Part shown: piece after piece, positions 33,434 through 47,648 of the stretch
Numbering within the stretch: position 1 is the first letter of the stretch
Layout: each line of letters starts with the position of its first letter
Source of the DNA: Phyllobates terribilis
Taxonomy: Eukaryota
Length of the DNA stretch: 64,000 nucleotides
NCBI RefSeq assembly: GCF_046119375.1
Contig: NW_027362761.1
Span: forward strand, 1,154,688,001-1,154,752,000
Reading direction: 5' to 3'
Program-made: the position numbers and the translations under genes
The notes under the pieces: generated by a model
The model's input: only the letters and a program-made list of their open reading frames with translations
Databases searched by the model: none
Told to the model about the DNA's origin: nothing

Positions 33434-34464
33434 TTAATCAATACATAGGTATTCAAATATGTATAGCATGCACTAGGATACTAAGCAGAAGGACTTATTG
33501 TCCAAATTATCCATCATAATTACATACATTAGATTGAACCTTCACCATATTTAAGGCCCCCATACACATTAGATGCAAGTGAGTCACACCTGCTAATTTC
33601 AACGGGACTAGACAATTCTCCGATAGGCATGGGGACCTCCCAAATTATAATATCGGGGAAGAGAAGCATCGGGAAGTTGGAATTTCAACCCTGATCTTAT
33701 TGTGTTCAGGGAAGATACCCCACTACCAAAGGTGTCAGGCTTTGGTTTTCTCCTCTTCCACCATTGAAGCCAAAAAAAATAAAACTTCTGCAGACCCGAG
33801 AGCTCATGTGTATGGGAAAGTTGGGAGACATACAGTAGCTGTCAGCTGGCAATTATCCCATGTGTATGCTTTATCTAGACCAGATTAGCAGGTTCATCAT
33901 ATACACAATGGCCACATTCTTTGAGAGGACTACACCTGTAAAAGACCATTTTTTATGTATTTTTTCTTAGTTATCATACAGAAGCTTCATTATATATATT
34001 TTTTCTTTGGCTCAGCTCTCATACCGTGGTGCTTGAAAGTCTGCGAACCCTGCAAACTCTTTCATATTTTTGCATAAATTTGACCTGAAATTGCATCAGA
34101 TTTTCAGACAAATTCTAAAAGTAGATAAAGAGAACGAAATAAAACAAATGAATCAGAAATATTAGACTTTGTCATTGTTTAATTAAAGGGAATCTGACAG
34201 CTGATTCAAGGGCCGCATGTATCAGACACTGGCTGTAAGGTTTCAGCCATGTATGTTTGACTCTGAAACGCTGCGGCATTTCAGAGAAGAAAATACTTTA
34301 AAAGCCGCTGGGGACTGAGCCGCACAGTAGACTAGCTGGAAATGCTGTGTACCGCTTGAGTAACATGTCTTTTCCTGCATATATGTATAAGGAGAGACCT
34401 GTCAATCACTGGCAATGGGCGGTGAGAAGTCTTTTTGACTAGTCTACTATGCAGCTTAGTTTTA

Positions 34465-35434
34465 GGCTGAGTGCCTATGATGCGGATTTAATGCATTTCC
34501 GCTGCGGCATTTCCGCTGTGGAAACACATTAAAATCGCTTGGTAAGAGGTCTGGGATGTTTCCCAATGATAATCCGCATGTGCTGGGCACATGCTACGGA
34601 AATTTCCGCTGCGGATTATCATTGCGGAAAAATCCACAGCACAACCAATTTAGGTTAGATGTTGCGGCGAAATCACGCCCATTGACTTGCATTGAACCAC
34701 ATAATAACATGTATACATGCGGATGTTATGCGGTTCAATGCGCGGATGGTACCCGGGTCTGGAGAAGAGGAGACTCTCCTCCAACCCGGGTACCATAGTA
34801 CCTGCAAGTTAAGAAAAGAATATAAAGTAAAAAACTTAAAAAAAATTCATAGTCAACTCTCCGACGGCCCCTGGTCTCCTCCCGGCCGCGTGCTCTCTCC
34901 TCGGCATCCCACGGTGTACTGGATGGACCTGCGGTGATGTCATTTAGTCAGCTGATGGTCACGCGACCACTGACGTCAGCGGTCAGGTGATGGTCCCGTG
35001 ACCATCAGCTGACTAAATCATGTCACCGCAGGTCCTTCCAGTACACCGTGGGATGTCGAGGAGAGAGGACGCTGCCGGGAGGAGACCGGGGGCTGCCGGA
35101 GTGGTGAATATAAGGTTTTTTATTTCTTTTTACCTTTTAATTATTTTTCTTTAATTTAGATGCAGCATTTGAAGTAGATATTTCCTCTAAGTTGGTCACA
35201 CAATATAAATCTATGCCAGTTGCATGAATTTATATTGTGTGACCAACTTGTCTCAAGCCTTTTTCCAAGTGATGCTCAAATTCGCTTTAAAAAAACGCAT
35301 GCATAAACGTATGTAAAAACACTTGAAAAACACTGAAAAAAGGCATGTAAAATCTGCATGCGTTTTTTCTGCCAAGGAGATGTAGAAATGCTCAGGAAAT
35401 TTCTGCTTCAAATCTGCATCGTGGGCACATAGCC
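34465..35434. mobile_element. PIF/Harbinger-type MITE with internal foldbacks
   Basis: TIRs GGCTGAGTGCCTATGATGC / GCATCGTGGGCACATAGCC and a 3-bp TSD TTA. Confidence 0.75.
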
Positions 35435-35784
35435 TTAAAGTATGTCTTTCTCTGAAATGCCGCAGACATAGATAGCTGAAGTCATACAGCATGTGTCTTA
35501 TACAGTATATGCTGCCCATGAATTGGCCAGAATGTATTAACTGTCTGGTTCCCTTTATGGAAGATTATCCAATATCACATTTGTATGAGTAGCAATAGTT
35601 TGTGAAACCTAGTATTAGCAAATAATGTGAAGATGAATTTAGAGTTTGGTGTTTTGAGCTAATTGGATGACAATTAGGTGTTTGTGCGACCTGATTTATT
35701 TAAAGAACAGGGATCTACCAAAGTTTGATCTTCACTATACGTTTGTGGTAGTATATCATGACATCTGATATTTTATGAAAACAT

Positions 35785-38700
35785 TGTTCGAGTCGAGCAA
35801 ATTGGAATGCTCGAGTGCTCGACCCGAGTAATGAGCCCAATGTAAGTCTATGGGAAACTCGAGCATTTTTCAGGCAGCTCCCCTCAGCGGTCTGCAGAGG
35901 GACTAAATATTACCCAAATCGATGGGAACAGTGCTCAAATGAAATGGGAACAGCATGGGGAAGACCCCTGGAAGCATTTCTGACTCCCAGGTCACTGCTG
36001 TCAACAACGTTGTCGGAGGTATTACGCCACTTTTACAGACTCACAATAAAACATAAAAAAACGAATCCAAAATGGATTTTCCTGGGAAATATGTTAAGGA
36101 ACATCCTTTCCAGGGTAATGACTTGTATATAAGGCAAAATAAATAACCAAAAACAAAAATGCTCCTCCACACCTTGGGCTATGTTCACACGTAGCGTTTT
36201 TGATGCGCTTTTGCACTTTTGCATTGCTTTCAATGGAGAAAAAACATTTACCAGTAAATGTCATTTTAACATTTTGCTACCTTATCAGGCCATGTGGTGT
36301 GTGACACATCATCAGACACATCCTGTTTCATTTATGATGGAGGGACTCTGAAAGTCACAAAGCCTATTTTTACAAGGCCATCAGGCGGCCCTTACTATTC
36401 TTAAAGGGCCAGCAGTCGGCTATGCTTTGTTGTTCCCATTATTAAGGAGTGGGTCTCCTATACCGTTATTGCATATGCAGTGACTGCAATGGCTGCCAAA
36501 AATTTGGAGGCACTCCAATGCCCCTTGCAAGAGACGTAGAGGTCAGCGATCCTCCTAAAAACAATGTTCCCATTAATAGGAAGTGTGTCTCCCATACTGT
36601 TTACCTATGCAGTGAAGCAACGGCTGCCAAAAATTTGGAGGAACTCCAATGCCCCTTGCAAGAGACTTAGATATGTTGATATGGTACATATGGTGGCGAT
36701 ATTGTGGTGGAGGATGAGGATGCGGAGAAGGAGGAGGACAAGAGAAAATAGACAAAATCAGGAAGTGTATATCCATGTCTGGGTGTGAGGGTGACTACAG
36801 AGGTGCATGGGAATAGAGTTAGACCTCCCAAAAAAAATACACTGTATTTGCGTTTATGTTACGCTGCTATCATTCGGTGGTGTTGAGAAGTCTGGCCCAA
36901 TCCAGCCCTTGTTCATTTTTATAAGAGTCAGCCTGTCAGCATTTTCAGTTGACAGGCGGATGCGCCTATCAGTTATAATTCCACCAGCAGCACTAAAAAC
37001 CTGCTCTGACAAAAAGTTAGCGGCAGGGCAGGCCAGGACTTCCAAGGCATAGAGAGCAAATTCATGACACGTGTCCAGCTTGTTTACCAAATAATAAGGC
37101 ACAGAGGAATCACAGAGGACGTTGGTATGGTCTGCAAGGTACTCCCTCACCATCTTCCAAAACTTTTCCTTCCTTGGGAGAATACTCCGCGCCTCAGGGC
37201 CTGTGCGATGGGAGGGTCTGAGAAAACTCTCCCAGAACTTTGACAGTGTTCCCCAGCCTCTGCTGGATTGCATTTGTGTCTCTCTTGCCTGTACTCCTTG
37301 GTTGTCCAACATACTGTGACCTCTGCCGGATGGGAATTTTTTAAATAATTTCGCAACAAGGGCCTTTTCATGCTGCCCCATTTTATTAGGCCTGTACTGC
37401 AAGGGAATAAGAGACAGAAAGTTCTCCTTGTAGCATGGGTCATGGGAAAAGCAGCGTAACATAAACTCTGGCACAATGTGTGCCAGACTGCAAAGCGGCA
37501 AGACTTCCATGTCCTCACCAAGAGGATGACTGACCATGCTCTCCTCCTCATCTTCCTCCTCCTCCCTGTACTCAGGCCATCCACGCTGAACAAACAGTAT
37601 GACAGTTGTGCAGGTAGTACCGTCTATAGCACAGGAGCTAGCTTCTGTTCTTTCTACTCCTCCTCCTCTTCCTCATTGTCACCCAATCCATGTTGGGATG
37701 AGATGAGGCTGGGCTGTGTGGAATCACCCTGTATGGTTTCTTGCTCCATCTCATCGTGCTCTGCCTGCAATGCCTCCTCTTTGATTGTGAGCAGCGAGCG
37801 TTTCAGGAGACAGAGAAGCGGGATGGTGATGCCAATTATGGCGTCATCGCCCCTCACCATCTTGGTGCAGTCCTCATAGTTTTGAAGGATGGCACAGATG
37901 TCTGACATCCATGCCCACTCCTGAGCTCTTATGTGCAGAGGATGACCTGAATGCCGACGGGCATGTGGAAGATGGTACTCAACAACTGCCCTGTGCTGCT
38001 CACAAATCCTTCCCAACATCTGCAAGGTTGAATTCCAATGCGTAGTGACATCGCACAACAGTCGGTGAGCTGGAAGCTGCAAATTCTGCTGAAGCACGGC
38101 AAGGGCGGCAGAAGCTGTAGGTGACTTTCAAAAAATGGGCACACACGTGGCATACTTTGAAAAGTAGCTCAGGCAGATCCAGGAAGGTTTTGAGAAACTG
38201 CTGAACCACTACTGACCACATGGGCCAGGCATGGTACGTGTGTGAGTTTGCCTAGCTTTAGAGCTGCCACCAGGTTCCGGCCATTGTCACACAAGACCAT
38301 GCCTGGCTGTAGGTTCAGCGGTGAAAGCCACAGATCTGTCTGCTCTATTACAGCCGTCCATCAACAACTCTTCAGAGGTGTGCAGTTTTTTTCGTAAACA
38401 TAAACAGTGCTGCAGTGCTTCGAGCTTCCGACTGATGTGGTCATTTCGGAGATGGAGGCTGATGAGGAGGAGGTGGTGCAGGAGCTGTAGAATGTTGGGA
38501 CAACCCTGATTGACCCCGGGCCTGCAATCTTCGGCGTCAGGAGGGCGTGTTCCGTCCCAAGATCCAACTAGGTCCCGGCTTCCACTACATTAACCCAGTG
38601 TGCCATCAGCGAGGTGTACAGTCCCTGGCCACAAGCACTTGTCCATGTGTCTGTGGTTAGGTGGACCTTCCCAGTAACTGCGTTGTTGAGGGCACGGCTA

Positions 38701-39560
38701 ATGATCTGAGACACGTGCTTGTGTAATGCAGAGACAGCACACCAGGAGAAATAGTGGCGCCTGGGGACCGGGTACCGAGGGATGGCCACCACCATCAGGT
38801 TGTGGAAAGATTCCGTCTCCACGAGTCTAAAAGGCAACATTTCAAGTGCAAGCATTCGATAAATGTGTGAGTTTAGTAGTGTGACCTGTGGGGCGTTGAC
38901 TGCTTATTTGTGCTTGCATTCAAACGAGTGGGGTAAGGACAACTGAACGCTGCGCTGGGACTAGGATGTGGATGGTGACGGTAATGGTTGCAAGTGTGCA
39001 ACGACAGGTGCAGGGCAGGAGGCATCTTCGTTTGCGCCATGGACAGGGGACTGGCGTGCATGCACAACAGCGGAACAGGCAGTGATGTCACCCGCAGACA
39101 CTGTTTCTGGACCCTGGTGTTTGGCCCACCTAGTTTGGTGTTTTGCTGTCATGTGCCTGATTATGCTGGTGGTGGTCAGGCTGGTAGCTTTTCTGACCCT
39201 GCTGACGTTGGCCTGGCAGAGGGTGCAAATGGCCTTTTTGGGGTTATCTGGACAGTCTTTAAAAAAGAGCCAGACTCTTGGATGACTTAACAGTTGTACT
39301 GGCAACTTCCCTCCTGTTGGTGTTCCGGGGAACAGTTGCCTGCCTGCGTCTGCGGCCACTCCACTGCTTGTTCCTGCCTGTTGTGGTGCTACACCTCCCT
39401 CCCCCTGTGTGCTGCTGTCCTCGCTATGCATGTCACCTTGCCAGGTTGGGTCAGTGACAATCTTCCACTACGTCGTCGTCCACTTCCACACCCAGGTCCT
39501 CCTCCTGACATTCTGGCAATTGTGTCTCTTCATCATCCACCTCTTGCGACAGTAATTGCA
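35785..39560 (-). mobile_element. hAT-C copy 1 (truncated at both ends)
   Basis: The CTCGA/TCGAG-rich subterminal region matches 51470-52010. A degenerate transposase lies on the minus strand. Confidence 0.8.
36854..39560 (-). pseudogene. hAT-C transposase, multiply disrupted
   Basis: Fragments in several frames: BED finger VWLFF..CTLC..IIRHMTAKH, LALEMLPFRLVETE, VHLTTDTWT, CDVTTHWNST, ALEVLACPAANFLSEQVFS...IKMNK. Confidence 0.85.
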
Positions 39561-42500
39561 GTTTCCCACCATTGCCTTAGTGTAACCGTTTCTGCTCAAA
39601 TATTTGGTGCAATACAAAAGGAATTTGGCACTCAAGAAAAAATATTTTTATGCAACGTAAGATTTTATTATAGAAGATCCACTTATTTTACAAATGGTTG
39701 ATGTTTCAGACTTTAATTAGCCTTCCTCAGAACAGTACGTCCTTCTATGAGGTATGTAACTTCAAGAGTAGAAAAACAGAGAATAACGCCCAAGGAGAAG
39801 AAAACACCTACATGTAGAGAAAAGGCGCATCTGCGATTGCTGCTCCAGTCTATGGAGCTTCATTCTCTGAATGGCAATCCATACACTGGACCACAGAGAA
39901 AGATCTTGATGTGGACTACAGCAGATTAGCGTGGATTTTTTTATTTCTTTTTTTTAATAAACGGGAGAAAGAGGGAAATTGTTGGGGAGGTTTTTTTTTT
40001 CAAATAAAGGACTTTTGTGTGTTTTTTATTTCTTTTGACCACTAGGTTAGTAATGGGGGTGTCTGACAGACGCCTCTCCATTACTAACCACTGGGCTTGG
40101 CGTTAGCGCCAGCTGCTGACATCAACCCCAAAGCTATAACCATGATTGTCATGATTGTCAACACACTAAGGCAATTGGGAAGAGCCGAGGCTAAGCACCA
40201 GAATTGGCACATCTAATGGATGCAACATTTATTGGGTGGCTGTGGGCTGGTCTTATTAGGTTGGGAAGGGGCCAATATCCATGGAGCCTATTAATATCAG
40301 CCCGCAGCTGTCTGCTTTGCCTTTGCGGATTATAAAAAATAGGGGGAACCACATGTCGTTTTTTAAAATGATTTATTTCTTTAACACAGTTTAACAGGCA
40401 GAGTCACGTGGTGTGTCGGCCAATCACAGCCATACCAATACTTGGTAGAAGTGGCAAGTAACAGGTGTAGGCAATATGAAAATCACATCTGAAACCAGAT
40501 AAAAAGGACAGAAGTTGACTCAATCTTTGCACTGTGTGCCACACTAAGCATGGAGAACAGAAAGAGGAGAAGAGAGCTGTTTGAGAACCAAAATATTCTC
40601 CTCACCTCAGCTACTCTTCTGATCATCTGATAATCTGCACCTCTTCTTACTGCTGCCGTGCACTGGAAACCTGGCCATCTCCAAACTATCCCTAGGCATG
40701 CATAGGGACAGCCAAAGGCACCTCTTCTTTCTGCTGCCATGCACTGAAAACCTGGTCATCTTCAAACTAGCCCTAGGCATGCATAGGGACAGCTAGGGCC
40801 TACTCGTGGCTAGAAGTCACAGCCTAGAGTGCAATGTCGTTGCAATCTTATGATGTGTAAGAGGTTTTAGCATCCGGTGGCAGTAAAAAGAGGCAATGAG
40901 GCGCATACGGGGGAATCCGTGCAGCAGAGGTGGCCGGGAGATAAGTGTTAGAGGAGTATTTTTTTAACCTTTGGCTAGCCCTTTACAGTTTAGCAAAACG
41001 GAAGTTGTGCGATCGCTATCTTGCTGAATTTGCGCCAGACGAATGACAAAAAAATCTGCATTCTGGAGAATACTTATTTTTTGTAAAATTGGAGTAGAAT
41101 TCAATTCCACTTGAATGAAGTCACCCAACTTTACTCATGACATTCTGCAAAGTGTTTGGAACAAAATTATATTTACCGGACATGCAGTATTTATTCTTTA
41201 TATTATATACATGTTACTTCATCCTCGTATATAAGTGTAATTTAAAAATGAATATTTTCTTTGTGGTGTTCTTTATTTGTCTACCAAAGGAAGAATAGTT
41301 GCATATTATAGGACAACCAGTAAACAACAAAAGTATAAAAAATAAATATTACAATACAAATGATCTATAATTTCATATTCCCAATATTATACACACATAA
41401 TTTATAAAATACATCGATGGTAGACACAAACAATGAAACAGAAGGCTATCTGAGTGAAAGACAAGGAGCATTGAAAGTGCATAAGGATTAATACCAACTG
41501 TACATGGTACAAAAATAATAATATACAAAGATAGTATACAATGTAATATAGAGTGGTAATATACAATATTCTTGCAAAGTAACCAAAGATTCAGGTAGTA
41601 GAGATGATAGAATCTTTTGAAATTTGAATTCCAATAATTTTACCCAAAACTTAAATTTGCAGCAAATTGATTTGCCACAAATATCCTTAATTATACGATT
41701 TGCAGTAATGCTATGTGTAACACTCTGAGGTCTCCTAGGACTGTGTTCAACCTCTTTTAAGCTCTTTAGCACAAACAAAGGATTAGTAATGCCACAGTGT
41801 TCTTTCCATAAAAACGGATTGAAACCAGTAGAAAGAATCAGGTTATTTAATAACCCAGTGCACTGACAAACTTTATGTTTCAAAATAAAAAAAATGGTCC
41901 TAATATTATCCCTCTTAGTGATAAGGTAAACTCAAACTGACGGTGTTGCTATCAGAGGTAATATCATCCTGCTGTGACTGAGACAAGTGACGTACCATAT
42001 ATTCCATAATGCCCTCTGCGTCCCCCCCACTAATACGCTAGAGGCAAAGAAGGCCAATTGTGGCCTTTGATTGATAGTACTACTGCTGGTGCCAGTCGCA
42101 GTATTGGTGTGTTTGCTGCTAGCAGCTTCCACATTCTTTGCTGCGGTATAGGGTTTGTTTATCTACACTACCCAGCAATTGCCATTGACATTTTTTATTT
42201 TACATACATTTTGTAAAACACTATAATTAACTTTTGACAATCTTTGCAACCCCAATTATTCAACCCTTGCGAAAAATTATATAACAAGACATGCCAGGTA
42301 GATACATTTACAGAAAGCAAAATATGATAGTAGGTCGCAGTATAGTTGTGGCTTGTATTGTTGTGAAAATAAAGCAGTAAAACAGATGTGTCAAAGCACA
42401 CATACACAGTTAATGTCTGCATTTTTTAAAGCATCTTTGCTCTATTTTTTTTTACAAAATTCAACACCATTCAAAAAATGGTGTGATAAGAAATGCAAGT

Positions 42501-43032
42501 GCTATTGTAATTCAAATACTCCATATCCCTGATCAATCAAATTGAATCTGCACTGCTGCGGCTAGCACCTATCTTATATCTCTCTACCAAGTCATTTATA
42601 ACTCGGTATTATTTCCAGACTACTAAACTCATCCTCATCACTGCTGCAGTTGTACAGTACATTCCTGGCTGGAGTATTTGTCCATCATTTTATCCCTTTC
42701 TTTTCCCATCTGTATTGCTGAGCTGTTAACTGTGATGTCCTCTTATACTATTCTGAATTACCCCAAAATGGCTGCTGCATTCCCTGCCTAGGCTGTTGCA
42801 CAGGCTATGAAAGTCCCACCTGATTGATTGCACTATACCATGTGATAACTTCAAGGCATTATGGTAAGCCTGCGCGGTTGCACCTGAGGTCATGTCAGCC
42901 TTTTGTAGCTGATGCAATCTTCTGCAATGGGACCTGTGAATTTTATAAAAGTTAACTTGAAGTCAATTCACATCGAATTGATTCACTCATCTCTATCAGG
43001 CGGCCAACACAAACCATTTTGCATATGCTTCT

Positions 43033-43607
43033 TATGGTGTGGCCCCCATGCTCCCCTGACCTCAACCCCATTGAGAACCTCTGGAGCATCATCAAAAGGA
43101 GTGTCTATGATGGCGGGAGGCAGTTCACATCTAAGCAACAGCTCTGGGAGGGTATTCTGTCCTCATGCAAAACAATTAAAGCAGAAACCATCCAAAACCT
43201 GACAAATTCAATGGACGAGAGAGTTCAGAAGCTCTTTTCAAACAAGGGGTCCTATGTGAAAATGTAACATCACCTAGAATAAAGTTTTGAGTTGAAAACT
43301 GTTTGATTTCAGTTTGTAATAACCTGCTAATGCTTATAATTTCAAAAATGACCATTTTTTTGTTCTTTATTAAAATGAAAAGGTTGAAAACTCTGCTGTG
43401 CATAATAATTTGGAACATGCATTTTGAGTGCAGTTTGAGTGTTTTATTTTTTAAAAAATATCCTGTTATCATAGGCAGTTTGTACAAAAACCTTTCAATT
43501 GTACTCTAATAGTTATTTGACTGGAAAATTACAATGACTGCAATTCATATAGGTAATTTGGGAAAATCTGAGAAAATATTATTTGCATAATAATTTGGAA
43601 CACACTG
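43033..43607 (+). mobile_element. 3' fragment of the same Tc1 (DD37E) family as 9577-10936, with right TIR
   Basis: WPPCSPDLNPIENLWS...GSYVKM* is nearly identical to 10585-10935. Right TIR TGCATAATAATTTGGAACACACTG followed by TA. Confidence 0.88.
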
Positions 43608-43638
43608 TATATATGACAGGATAAGTGGTACTGTGCAG

Positions 43639-43669
<31 letters not shown>

Positions 43670-43863
43670 ACACACATACAGGACAGGAGAAGTGGTACTA
43701 TGCAGTGTATATATACAGGACATGAGAAGTGATACTGTGCAGTGTATATATACACAGGACAGGAGAAGTGGTACTGTGCATTGTATATATACAGGACAGG
43801 AGGAGTGTTACTGTGCAGTGTATATATACAGGACAGGAGGAGTGGTACTGTGCAGTGTATATA
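43608..43863. repeat. ~35-bp minisatellite with an embedded (TA)n microsatellite
   Basis: tatatacaggacaggagaagtggtactgtgcagtg is repeated ~6 times. (TA)n at ~43640-43667. Confidence 0.85.
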
Positions 43864-44103
43864 CAGTACAGACCAAAAGTTTGGACACACCTTCTCATTT
43901 AAAGATTTTTTTGTATTTTCATGACTTTGAAAATTGTACATTCACACTGAAGGCATCAAAACTATGAATTAACACATGTGGAATTATATACTTAACAAAA
44001 AAGTGTGAGACAACTGAAAATATGTCTTATATTCTAGGTTCTTCAAAGTAGCCACCTTTTGCTTTGATGACTGCTTTGCACACTCTTGGCATTCTCTTGA
44101 TGA
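43864..44103 (+). mobile_element. Left-end fragment of a Tc1-like element
   Basis: TA-CAGTACAGACCAAAAGTTTGGACACACCTTCTCATT is a typical vertebrate Tc1 terminus, followed by gtagccaccttttgctttgatgactgc. Confidence 0.7.
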
Positions 44104-44421
44104 CCCGATAACATTTTATACTGTTCAACAGGTCACTAATTATTTATGTCTGCAAAATGTATTTGTTTTCCTGTGTACTTCATCTCATTATTCAAAAGGG
44201 TGGAGGTTTCACTGTTCTTATCAGTGAGCAAGTACTCATCCAGACATTTCTCTTTCAATTCTGTGAGAGGATGCTGAGCTGTGAATACACATCTTTACCG
44301 GTATGTAGCATATAAGCTATGCTTTTCTTCTCAAATTATTCAATTCTGTTCTTTAGATTGCATATTGTAAAGCCATTTTTGATTACTGAGTCATGATGTA
44401 AGCTAATGTGTGCCCGTCTAA

Positions 44422-45285
44422 GGCTGAGTTCACACGATGCGTATTTCATGCGTTTCCGCGGCGTTTTTGCAGTTGCGTAAACGCCGCGGAAACGCATGAA
44501 AAACGCATGGTAGAAGGGAAGCAATGTTCCCTAATGGAAATCCGCATGTGCTGTGCTCATGATGCGGATTTTTCCGCAGCGTGAACGCTGCGGTCAAAAA
44601 TCCGCAGCATGTCAATTAATTTTGCGGAAACGCGCCGATTTCGCCGCCATTGACTTGCATTAGAACGCGCCAATTCCGCAAGACAGCATCTGTACTTGCG
44701 CTATTGGCGCGTTCTAATATGCGGATGGTACCCGAGTGTGGAGGAGAGGAGACTCTCCTCCACACCCAGGTACCATTAAAAAAGCTGTAAAAAAAGAATA
44801 AGATAAAAAATAAATGTATTCTTACCTTCTGTCGGCACGCACTCCGCTCCCGTTTGGTTCCCGGCACTTGCAGTGAGTTGTAGGCCCTGCGCTGACGTCA
44901 GAGTCATGTGACGGGTCACGTGACGCTGACGTCGGCAGGTCTTTCAATTCAAAGTTGCCGGCAGCCGGGAACTTTGTAAAGCAGGACAGCGCGGGCCATC
45001 GGAGGTAAGTATATACACTCTCTCGGGTCACACTATATAAATCCATGCTGTTTGCATGGATTTATATAGTGTGACCTAGTTGTCAAGCACTTTCCAGGTG
45101 ATGCTAAAATCGCCTGGAAAGCGCTTGTCAATCTGCATGCGGAAACGCATGTGAATCTGCATGTGGATCCGCATGTATTCTGCAGGAAAAACGCATGCAC
45201 AATCTGCATGCGTTTTTTCTGCCAGGGAGATGCAGAAATGATGCAGAAATTTTCTGCTTCATTTCTGCATCGTGTGCACATACCC
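44422..45285. mobile_element. PIF/Harbinger-type MITE related to 34465-35434
   Basis: TIRs GGCTGAGTTCACACGATGC / GCATCGTGTGCACATACCC, TSD TAA, and a shared internal palindrome. Confidence 0.75.
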
Positions 45286-46966
45286 TAAAGGTACCCTTAG
45301 GCTTGTGCAGACTGAATGTTTGTCTAGGAGGGGGTGTATTCTCACTGATGTGATATATTGATTGCATGGATGAGCATTGAGTACAGATTTTAACAGGGTC
45401 TGTTTTAGGGCCCCATCACACACACACAGATGCACCCTGCGATTGCGATGCTGCTACATCACAAACGTGAGGCTCCAGCACTGCACTTTCTTCATCGCTG
45501 GGAGAGTGATAGGGCCCTTATTGTAGTATGTAAGCTCATTTTGTTGTGAAACTGGTTATAGATTTTTTTTCTCTTTTATTTTTATTGATTTATATAATTC
45601 GTTTTTTTCATTATTTTTCATTTGTTTTATAAAATACGTTAACACAAAGTTATATTCAGTTAGATTTCATGTTATAGTAATAGAAATCTAAAGCATGTTT
45701 GTTGTTTGTGTGCAGAAAGCTATAAAGTGAACATAATTGCAAACAGCCCGTGTAACCTTTTTCTGAAAAAAAAAAAAAAAAATTAAGTTTAAATTTCATT
45801 TTTCATTTGTTCATGATCAACCATGTTCACATACAGTTTAATAATGAAATAGGTTTTCAAATAAAACACTTACAGTAGCTAAAATCAACATTTTTATAGG
45901 TCGGGTCATATTGACCCGAAACAGTACAAGTGTATAGTAAATGCGACTAGAACAGCAGAATTAAGGCAAGAGCATTTAAGTTTCAGTGTAACCAAATATT
46001 TTGGGAAAGCCAATAAAAATATAAATTGTATAGGACTCATGTACACACCATATTGTGAACTCTGTTCTTCCTACAGACACGTAGGGCCCGATACATCAAG
46101 ACCAACATTGTTCACACAGGTCTTGATAAGCAGATGCTTGAAGTGAGAAGCTCCTGATTCATGAACTGGCATATGCCGATTCATGAATAAGGAACACTTC
46201 GCCACAAATCTAACTCCAGACCCTGTTGCAGTAAGATTTGTGGGGAAGCGAATGCTGGCACTCGTCATAAATTTGAGGAGCATCGGTCACCATGCCCTCG
46301 TCTCCACTTTGTTGGAGCTGGGTTAAATTGCCGTGAAAAGATGCATAATTTTAGCACAGCCACCAGTTGTGCCAAAATATGACTTTTCAACGCTTTTTAT
46401 GCTAATGTACTGGCGTAAAAACTTTGATGAATTGGGCACATAAAATATTCTGTCAAATTCCATAAAAAATGCAACAGAGTAAAAATGGTAAGTGGTGTTG
46501 GATTCCATGGGTATTGATTTGAGATTCAAGTAGAATTTAATTCAACTCAAATTTTTCAAAATACAGATTTTTTGCAATGCACTCCTTGCCGGTCAGCTGC
46601 AGCCACCATTTTGATGAAACACAGAGAGCCTAGGAAATGGTTAAAAAAATAATAATAATGATACTCAACTCACTGCTCACCTGTTCCACCATCTGCTCCA
46701 CTGCACCTCTTCTTTAGCCCTTCACCCATCGCACGTATCCTTTTTGGCCTTTTTCACTCCAAGCACTGACTTTTCGCTGGGTTACAGCCTTGGACTGACA
46801 TAACTGCTCAGTGATGTCTAAGGCCTGGTCATATGTAAAATGTATACGTTGTGGCAGCACAGGAGCCAAGGCAAGTCAATTTAGTAGTTTACATGAATGT
46901 TTTTAAGCAAGGACCAATCGTCTGTTTGTTTGTTTTGTTTTTTTTACATGCAATTGCACCATGCAG

Positions 46967-47588
46967 TGTTAGTAACAAGGCAAATCAACAATGACACAAA
47001 TAACAATATTGGATTATCAAATAAAGTCTTTCACTATATAACGTTAATGTTCTCTTGACAAAGGTGGTGTGCCCATTTGTGGGAGTCACGACATAAGTTC
47101 TTTCTGCAGCTCTGGCCTTAGCGGCAGTCACCGGGTTTCCCCGCTAGGCCGCAAGTCTCTCTCTGACATAGTCTATTAAAGGCCGTTGAGCCTCCCACGC
47201 ACCAACCAATCCTCTTCCAATCATTTGTCCTAATCCTAGCCGACCCCGATACTGTAGGTGATAACTGGAAGTGACGGCCCTGCTCACACACGTTGTCCCT
47301 CCGCAATCGCAGGCGTACCTCTCCAGTCGCTGTCTCCTCGTGGATCTTCTCGGCTTGACTGTTGGCGGAAGTCTCTTGGAGTTGGGGCAGAAAGGACTAG
47401 GCCTTGGATCTTGATAGGCGACGTTTGGACTTTGAGGCTTGACCGGCATAGGGCACGAATCCTGGTCCTGACCAGCACAGGTGGAAGTCATCCAAAATAT
47501 GGAAGAGAAGAAGTCCACTCGAAAGTCCCTGACATAATACATTAAGTAATAGGGCACAAAGGGGTTAATGGGGTTTGTTAAAATCACA
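46967..47588. mobile_element. Possible solo LTR (~620 bp)
   Basis: TG...CA ends with flanks TGCAG / TGCAC (4/5). The interior is GC-richer and promoter-like. Confidence 0.35.
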
Positions 47589-47648
47589 TGCACATGCTGC
47601 AAAAAATCTATTCAGATGTAAGGAACAGATTTTCGGAAATTTCTTTAA

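Noticed and set aside
41488-41883. 131-aa minus-strand ORF as a host exon
   Set aside because: No recognisable domain or clear splice context. It may be an old L1 ORF2 remnant but cannot be supported by eye.
45890-46530. Possible piggyBac remnant (cgggtcatattgacccg palindrome and nearby coding-like sequence)
   Set aside because: No TTAA-bounded TIR pair or convincing transposase motif could be read. It needs an HMM search.
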